Source: an uncultured Thermoplasmata archaeon
GTDB taxonomy: Archaea > Thermoplasmatota > Thermoplasmata > RBG-16-68-12
Length of the DNA: 64,000 nucleotides
Direction: 5' to 3'
Assembly (NCBI GenBank): GCA_963768855.1
Contig: CAVYJM010000006.1
Location: 672,001-736,000, forward strand
How positions within the stretch are numbered: the stretch's first letter is position 1; every line of letters starts with the position of its first letter. Under the pieces are notes generated by a model. That model did not search any database. It saw nothing but the letters and a program-made list of their open reading frames with translations, and had not been told where the DNA came from. Position numbers and translations under genes: made by a program. Shown here in pieces: positions 57,631 through 64,000 of the stretch.

Positions 57631-60600
57631 TCAGAGCTCGTCTCCCTGGTTGTTCTGTCCGCCGGACTGCTGGTCCGTCTCTTCCTGCGTGCCGGCCTGC
57701 TCGCCCTCGGTCGCGGGGCGCTTGATGACCCGCTTCTGGACCACGGGGGCGGGGGTCACCGGCCTCCGGATCACCGGGCGCGCGGCTGGCGGGCTCCCGC
57801 AGCCTGCGGGCCTCCCAGCGGCTGCTGGTCGCTCGGGGGTGGGGCTTGGGCGGCGACGGCTCGCTGCCTCACGGCGGGGGCCATCCCGCCCGATCCGGTT
57901 CCGCCGGACGGCGGGCGTCGGTCCTCCTTCATGAGGGAGCCGCACTTGTGGCAGACGGTGGCCGTCACGGAGTTGAGGGTGCCGCAGACCGGGCACGGTT
58001 TCGAGCCCATCTTGCGCATCTCCTCCTCTTCGCGCAGCCAGTCCTCGAAGGTCAGGAAGGTCGGCTGCTTGCGCCACCACTCCTGGAACTCCTTGTCGGA
58101 GAGGGCCCGGCCGAGCTGCCGCGACGCGTCCTCCTTGAACTTCTGTACGACCTCGTCGTACTGGAGGCGCATCTTCTCCTGGTAGTCCGCCATCTCGACC
58201 TCGCCCGTCGCGAACTCGACGCCGCACTCCGGGCACTGTTTCACGTCGACGGGGATCCAGGCTTGGCAGTTCGAGCACTTCGCCATGTCCTTCTCGAACT
58301 CGACGCCGCACTTCGGGCAGACCGTCGCGTCCTCGGGGATGAAGGCGCCGCACTCACCGCACTCGACCATCTTGCCGAGGCCGTAGACCTTGAAGTAGAC
58401 CGTCACACCGATGACGATCGCGGCCACGGCGGCAATGATGATCAGGAAGAGCCACCAGGGGATGCCCAGGAGCGGGACGAGCTGGTTTAGGAAGGGCACG
58501 TTCCGCTTCACGACGATCGACGGCGATGCGGAGGCAATCGTTCCCTGCGAGGAGGACACGCGGAGGGTGTACGTCCCGTCCGGGAGGTCCGCCAGGGTCA
58601 CGAGGGCCGTGAACAGGCCGTTCGAGTCGGTCGTCTGGTTGATCGTCTGCAGGACCGTGCCGTCGCTCCGAACAACTGCGATCGTCACGTTCAGGCTCGC
58701 GATCCCGTTCTGAGCCGGAGTCGTGTCACGGACCACGCCCGCAACGGCGATCGCGTCTGTCGGTCCGAAGGTTGTTCCCGCAATCGGGGTGTAGAGGACG
58801 ATCGTACCTTGGGGCGGTGCCACGTTCATGGCCACGTTCACGATGTTGTTCGTATAGCCGGTCCCACCCTCGACGAGCGTGTGGTCCGGGTTCACGATGA
58901 TCGTGAGCGTCTGGCCTCCCGGCACCGGGATCCCGGACACCTGCACGGTCACGTTCGTCAGGGTCGTGACTGCGATGCCGTCTGTGCGCCCGTAGGTCAC
59001 CGAGGTGTTCCCGTTCAGGAAGACGGCCACGGAGGTGTTCTGGACAGCGGTCTGGCCGAGGTTGTGGACCTTCACCACGATCTTGAATCCCTTATTCTGG
59101 CTCACGTTCAGCGGGGTGAAGTCCGCGGACAGCAAGGCCAGATCGGGCTGGGACAGGACCTTCTGCTGGACGCGGAGCGCGTTGTTCGTGACGTTGTAGT
59201 CACGATTGCGGATCGAGGTGTTCGCCGTCATCACGTAGATCGTGATGTTGTGGAATCCGACGAGGGTCGGCAGCCACTGGACCTCGACGTTCGCGAGCTG
59301 ACCCGCACTCACGCTGAAGGTCGTGGAGGTCGCGACCGAGTTCCCGTCCTCCAGGATCGTGAGCGTCGCGCTTGTTGCGGCTCCCGTGCCGAGGTTGTGG
59401 ACCGTCACGTCCACGGGGACGCTGTTGTTCACGACCGGGTCCACGGGGAAGCGCACATCCGCGGCGTCCACGAGCGCAAGATCCGGCCAAGTGATCAGGG
59501 CGAATGCGTGAGTCGCGATGTTGTTACTCAGGTCCGTCTCCGGGATCGCGCTGGCGCCGAGGGGGTCGCCCAGGGGCGGGTTGACGACCACGGAGATCGT
59601 CACGCCCGTCTCGAAGCTGCCCGAGACGGTGAAGTCCGCCGTCGCGGTCGCGTCCCCGTTTGCGGGGACCGAGGCGATCGTCACGTTGTCGATCAACGCG
59701 TTCGCGTTTTCGTATGCGCTGACCGGGGCGTCCATGATGTTGTCATGGTTCGCGTCCACGTTGACCGAGAAGAAGTTCACGACCACCGAGGTCACGGGGT
59801 TCTGTCCCGCGTCGTGGATCGTCGCGGTGATGGTCACCGGCTGGTTCAACGGCTCGAAGTCCGGGAGCGAGCTCCCGCCCGTGATCGTGACGCTGGCGAC
59901 AGTCAGGTCCGGCGTAAGGCCGGGGACGGGGAGCGCCACAACCACAGGGTTGTTGTTGTCCTGGGCCGTGATGCTCGGATAAGGAGCGAAGGTCGCCGAG
60001 GCGTTCCCGACATAGGACCCGCTGTAGGTGCCCGTCGCTTGGTAGTTCCCGAAGGAGTACGCGTTTGGCAGGCTGGCGGAGGTGACCGTGTCGGTCCACA
60101 GCGGAATCACGGCCCGCCCCTTCGAGTCGGAGGTGTTCCAGTTGGAGGCCGTCCGGCCGATGTACCAGAGGGTGCGGGATCCCGGGACCAGGGCGTTCCC
60201 GTTGTCCGGGTACTGGGCGGTCTGCGAGCCGACGTGAGACCAGATCGTCGCGCTGACGAGTGGAGTCCCGTAGGGGTCCGTCACCTTCGCGTTCATCCAG
60301 CGCAGAATGTTGACCGCGCCGTTGCCCGAGGGGACGAACGCCGCGAGCTGGAGGTACTGGGGCGTCGCATCGCTCTGGGCCTGGTCGACCGTGACGTTGT
60401 AGAAGTACGTGCGCGAGGTCGTGTCGACGTTCATGACATTGTGGACCTGCCAGTTGTTGGAGAAGTCAACGCCGATGTACGTGTCGTACGCATAGATGAA
60501 GGAGCCCCCGTTGACGGTCACGTTCTTCGCAACGAGCCCGCCGCCCTGGGTGTTCTCGTAAATCTGCTCGATCCGGGAGTGGTACAGGTAGGCGGTCGCA

Positions 60601-61178
60601 GACGCCATCGTGATGAGCGCCGAGTCGTCGTCGTCATCGATCCACGAGGACGTTCCGAGGCCGTTCAGGTCGGAGTCCGAGAATCCAGTGATCTTCGAGG
60701 CGGTCATGTTGAGGACGGAGCCGGAGTTCAGGTTGAGCGCCCCGGGGAACCTCAGGACGGATCCGGTCTGCATCGCAAGGGTCCCGTTCACCGTCGCGGT
60801 CAACTTGACGTACGGGTTGAGCGTGTTCGTCGAGGTGGTCAGGGTCGAGTTCACCAGGACGAGGGATCCGCCCGCGTCGATGAACATTGCGTGGACGTGC
60901 GATAGGTCCTGGACGAAGCTGATGCCACCGTCCACGAGGGTGAGGCTGCCCGCGCCGCGGATGTAGAGGCTTCCATCCAGGTAGAAGAACATCCCCGAGC
61001 AGGTCTGAGGCGAAGTGACGATCCAATTGCCCGACAGCAGGGTGCTGGACTGGCCGCAGTTGTCGGCGCTCACCACAGGCGTCGTCACGAACAAGACGCC
61101 TGTGAGGCCGCCGATGGCCATCAGCGAGACGATCATAAGGCTCAGCGCCCTGGCATTCCGGTTGGCTTGGTCAAACAT
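57631..61178 (-). CDS. large cell-surface glycoprotein (beta-helix-like N-terminus, CARDB/Ig repeats, TM) with cytoplasmic double-zinc-ribbon repeats
   Basis: GGAGGT SD, signal peptide, PDL...N.G CARDB repeats, TM (PWWLFLIIIAAVAAIVIGVTVY), six CxxC pairs. A probable -1 indel near 57792 would extend the C-terminus from 57771 to 57631. Confidence 0.82.
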
Positions 61179-61262
61179 CGCAGGACCTCCCGGGGAGGAG
61201 TCGCAGGGCGGTTTCCCTAGCACCTCTTCCGGTGGGCATGTGGGCGGCCCATCCTGGCCCTC

Positions 61263-61272
61263 TTTATAAATA
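61263..61272 (-). promoter_or_regulatory. putative TATA box of the surface-protein gene, within an AT-rich tract
   Basis: TATTTATAAA on the minus strand about 85 nt upstream of the ATG at 61178. Confidence 0.45.
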
Positions 61273-61439
61273 GGTTACCGCGCGATTATCTATCTCGATA
61301 GCGAGGTATTCTCGGAATCAATAACAACGTCTCTCACATGGAGAGAATACTTTTATCTAAATCGAGTTATCAAAATAGGGTTCTGGACGTCCGGAAAGGC
61401 CCTTTTTTCGGGTCCGTGCCGGGCGTCCCCGTGCGGGTC

Positions 61440-62576
61440 TCAGATGACCTTCTTCTTGAGGACCTTCTTGACCGTCGAGATCTGAGCCTTCTTCCCGCCC
61501 TTGTCGTCCTCCGCGGACATCCGGTGGCCGCACGCGTAGCACATGATCGCATCGCTGGAGATCATCGTGCCGCACGAGGGACAGGGCAGTTCGCTCTCCC
61601 CGGCGGCTTCCTCGACGACTTCCTCTTCCTGGAGGCGGTGGCCGCACGCGTAGCACATGATCGCATCGCTGGAGATCATCGTGCCGCAGGCAGGGCAGGG
61701 CACCTCCGCGGCGGCCTCTTCCTTGACCTCGGGTTGGGCCTGGACGACCGGCTTCCCGACCGGCTTGGCCATCTGGGGTACCGGCTGGGCTGCGGTGGCG
61801 GGCTGGGGTCGGGCCGCCGGCGGGGCGGTCGCGGGGCCCGGTCCGGAGCTCCGGACGGCCGGAGCGGGCGCGGCCGCGGGAGCCTGCGCCGAGACGGGGA
61901 TCTGCGCGGCCTGCGCCTGCTGTGCGCGGAGGCTCTGCTCCAAGGCGAGGAGCTGCTTCTCCTTGTCGGCAAGCCGGCGCGTCTCGTCCGCGATGCGGGT
62001 CCGGCTTTGGGCGAGGTTCTGCTCCTCGTCGGCAAAGCCCTTCTCGCGTTCGAGTTGCTGTCGACCCTTGGCGATCTGGTCCTCGAGCGCGGCCTTGTGG
62101 TCCTCCATGACCTTCACGAGTTCCTCCTGACGCTTCACGATCTCACTCTTGCGAGAGGCGATCTCGTTCGCATGGGCAGCCGTTTCCTCGTGCCGCTTGG
62201 CGATCTCGTCCTCGCGCTTCACGAGGGATTCAAGGCGCTTCGCGAGTTCCTCCTCACGCTGGACGAGGCCTTGCTCCTTGGAAAGCACCTTCTGCTTGGT
62301 GGATTCGAATTCCTGTTCTCTCTGCTCCAACGACCTCTCCTGCTGCTCGAGCTCCTTCTCGCGGGCGCGGAGTCCCTTCTCACGACCCGAGAGGGCGTCC
62401 TTCTCGTCGGCGAGGCCCGCCTTCTCCTGGTCCAGCGTCTGCCGCTCCTCGGCGAGTTTGGTCTCCCGCTCCTGGAGAGCTCCCTCGCGGTCCTTGAATT
62501 CCGCGTCGCGAGTCTTGATGCTCTCCTCGAGCTTCTTCAGTGCATCCAGTGCGTCCAAGATCGATCCATCGGCCAT
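61440..62576 (-). CDS. coiled-coil protein with Pro/Ala linker and two C-terminal double zinc ribbons
   Basis: About 220-aa E/K/R heptad region, then CP.CGTMISSDAIMCYACGH twice. Confidence 0.8.
   Translation of the reverse strand: MADGSILDALDALKKLEESIKTRDAEFKDREGALQERETKLAEERQTLDQEKAGLADEKDALSGREKGLRAREKELEQQERSLEQREQEFESTKQKVLSKEQGLVQREEELAKRLESLVKREDEIAKRHEETAAHANEIASRKSEIVKRQEELVKVMEDHKAALEDQIAKGRQQLEREKGFADEEQNLAQSRTRIADETRRLADKEKQLLALEQSLRAQQAQAAQIPVSAQAPAAAPAPAVRSSGPGPATAPPAARPQPATAAQPVPQMAKPVGKPVVQAQPEVKEEAAAEVPCPACGTMISSDAIMCYACGHRLQEEEVVEEAAGESELPCPSCGTMISSDAIMCYACGHRMSAEDDKGGKKAQISTVKKVLKKKVI
61522..61688. repeat. 53-nt identical direct repeat (61522-61574 and 61636-61688), period 114 nt
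   Basis: Encodes the duplicated zinc ribbon CGTMISSDAIMCYACGHR. Confidence 0.9.
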
Positions 62577-62644
62577 CTACGGTGCCCTCCCGCTCTGTTG
62601 TCTCGTTCCACGACGCCTCCCAGGCGTGCGTGGCTCGAAAGGAA

Positions 62645-63367
62645 TCATGAGGTGTTGCCTCCCGTGTCGAAGATGGGGCCCAGCACGGTGAGCCCGCCTT
62701 TTCGCGGCTCGATCGCATGTTTCTCCATGGAGTGCTCGACGGCGCGCATCTTCTCCACCTGGAGGTAGCGCACGAGCTTGCCGTGGGCGCGGTCGAGACC
62801 GAGCATCACGATGCCATCGACGAGGAAGCCCTCGTTGCCAAGCATGTGGCTCTCCCCGCCGAGGCTCCGTTCCATGACGATGAGCGAGATCAGATTGTTG
62901 TCCCGCAGCATCTTGAAGAAGTAGAACATGCGCTTCCGCATGTTGCCGTTGTTCTCCATCAAGGAGTACAGAGCCCCGAGGGAATCGAGCGCGAACACGC
63001 GGAACTTCGGACCGTGGAGTTTCTTGAAGTGGGTGATCATCTTCTCGATGAACGCGATGTAGTCGGTCTGGTCCTCCGGACCGACCACCGCGTCGATCTC
63101 GCGCAAGTCCGTGAAGTCGCTGATTTGCATGTTGAGGGAGATGTCGATCCCGAGGGACTCCATGTTCCGGAGATGGGACTGGACCGTCTCCTCGAGGGTC
63201 GTGTACAGCCCGAACTCTCCCGTCTCCTTGAGGTACTTCGACATGAGGGCGTAGCAGAACGACGTCTTCATCGCGCCCGGCGGGCCCGTGACGAGGATCA
63301 CCTTGGGCGGCGTGATCTCGGTGCGGATGACCTTGTCGAGACCGTCGATGGACGCGCGGAAACCCAT
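62645..63367 (-). CDS. KaiC/RAD55-like (RecA-superfamily) ATPase, single domain
   Basis: GPPGAMKT Walker A, YTTLEE, FALDSL Walker B, LVDGIVML, RYLQVEKMR. Confidence 0.88.
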   Translation of the reverse strand: MGFRASIDGLDKVIRTEITPPKVILVTGPPGAMKTSFCYALMSKYLKETGEFGLYTTLEETVQSHLRNMESLGIDISLNMQISDFTDLREIDAVVGPEDQTDYIAFIEKMITHFKKLHGPKFRVFALDSLGALYSLMENNGNMRKRMFYFFKMLRDNNLISLIVMERSLGGESHMLGNEGFLVDGIVMLGLDRAHGKLVRYLQVEKMRAVEHSMEKHAIEPRKGGLTVLGPIFDTGGNTS

Positions 63368-63525
63368 GGCAGCTCCTCGCCGACGCCAATCGCACGGGGA
63401 ACTCGCTCACTTAACGGTATCGCGCTCGTTATCCGAATTGAGCACTTATCATTCTCTGTACCGAGACCAGAAAGTCTTTATCGCTCGCGACGGGTCGGAA
63501 TCCCCACGTCCAATCGCTGAGGTCG

Positions 63526-64000
63526 AGCCGTACGCCTCCTAAAGAGACCAAGGTCTGTCCCGTGTGCGATGCGACGATCGACGCGGATGCGGAGAGCTGC
63601 CCATCTTGCCTCACGGACCTGACCCTTTTCGACATCGGTGGTGACTCGTCTGAGGAGAGCTCGGATGTGCGCATGCCCGAGGGAAAGAGCATCGACGACA
63701 TCCTCGCATCGATCATGGAAGGGAAGGCCGAGCAACCCGAGATCTTCGAGACCCTGAAGAACGTCGCGAAGGATCATCGGAGCACGAAGGACCTTCTGGT
63801 CGAGGAGAGGTCCGTGGAGCTTTCGCCCCCCTCGCCGACTCAGGAGGAGTCGCCGTTCCTGTGTCCGGTCTGTGACACCCCCGTCCGATCGGACGACACG
63901 GTCTGCCCCGGTTGCGGGGCTGAGTTCTCCGAGGGCCAGGCCACCGAGTATGAGTGCCCCGTGTGCAAGGCCGCGGTGCCCGCCGATGCGGACCACTGCC
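63526..64000 (+). CDS. multi zinc-ribbon protein, truncated by the window end; start codon unclear
   Basis: Open frame absent from the ORF track: CPVCDATIDADAESCPSC, CPVCDTPVRSDDTVCPGCG, CPVCKAAVPADADHC... Confidence 0.75.

Noticed and set aside
57631-57645. C-terminal GDEL resembling an ER-retention signal
   Set aside because: Depends on an inferred frameshift, would be cytoplasmic, and a short acidic ending is easily coincidental.
61260-61385. AT-rich island as a replication origin
   Set aside because: No ORB-like repeats with G-strings and no cdc6/orc1 in the window.
61522-61688. Direct repeat as a possible CRISPR array
   Set aside because: Only two copies, in-frame within a CDS, 53 nt long, and no cas genes. 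No CRISPR array was seen anywhere in the window.

Overview
GC-rich archaeal window, most consistent with an uncultured Thermoplasmata lineage (inferred from archaeal-type rpl18a-pfdA-ftsY, PCNA, TFS, archaeal SAM synthetase, SMC-ScpAB, intron-containing tRNA-Tyr and frequent GGAGG/GAGGT Shine-Dalgarno sites). From left to right it holds: a surface-glycan cluster (rfbD, rfbA, wecB, GT2 and GT4 enzymes, a methyltransferase) interrupted by rpl18a-pfdA-ftsY and a PIN-like gene; smc-scpA-scpB; a 1495-aa helical-repeat protein ending in a C4HC3 finger; hutH, rnz, an HTH-CBS regulator divergent from mat, and glyA; a Rab-like GTPase/TPR/membrane longin-like gene trio; a solo TnpB element; srp54; a DUF47-flanked ABC transporter; PCNA, TFS, CopCD, two tRNAs and an M20 peptidase; a type IV pilus locus with two ATPases; and a KaiC-like ATPase among zinc-ribbon proteins, including a large surface protein. 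The top candidates for new biology are (1) the surface receptor-longin-like domain + TPR + Rab-like GTPase module, (2) the TnpB element with a substituted RuvC-III Asp, a predictable guide, and a filled site that still shows motif+target, (3) the HTH-CBS/SAM synthetase divergon with inverted repeats, and (4) the zinc-ribbon/KaiC/pilus neighbourhood. Several single-base frameshifts suggest assembly indel errors, so pseudogene calls are tentative. All family assignments are by motif recognition; no searches were run.
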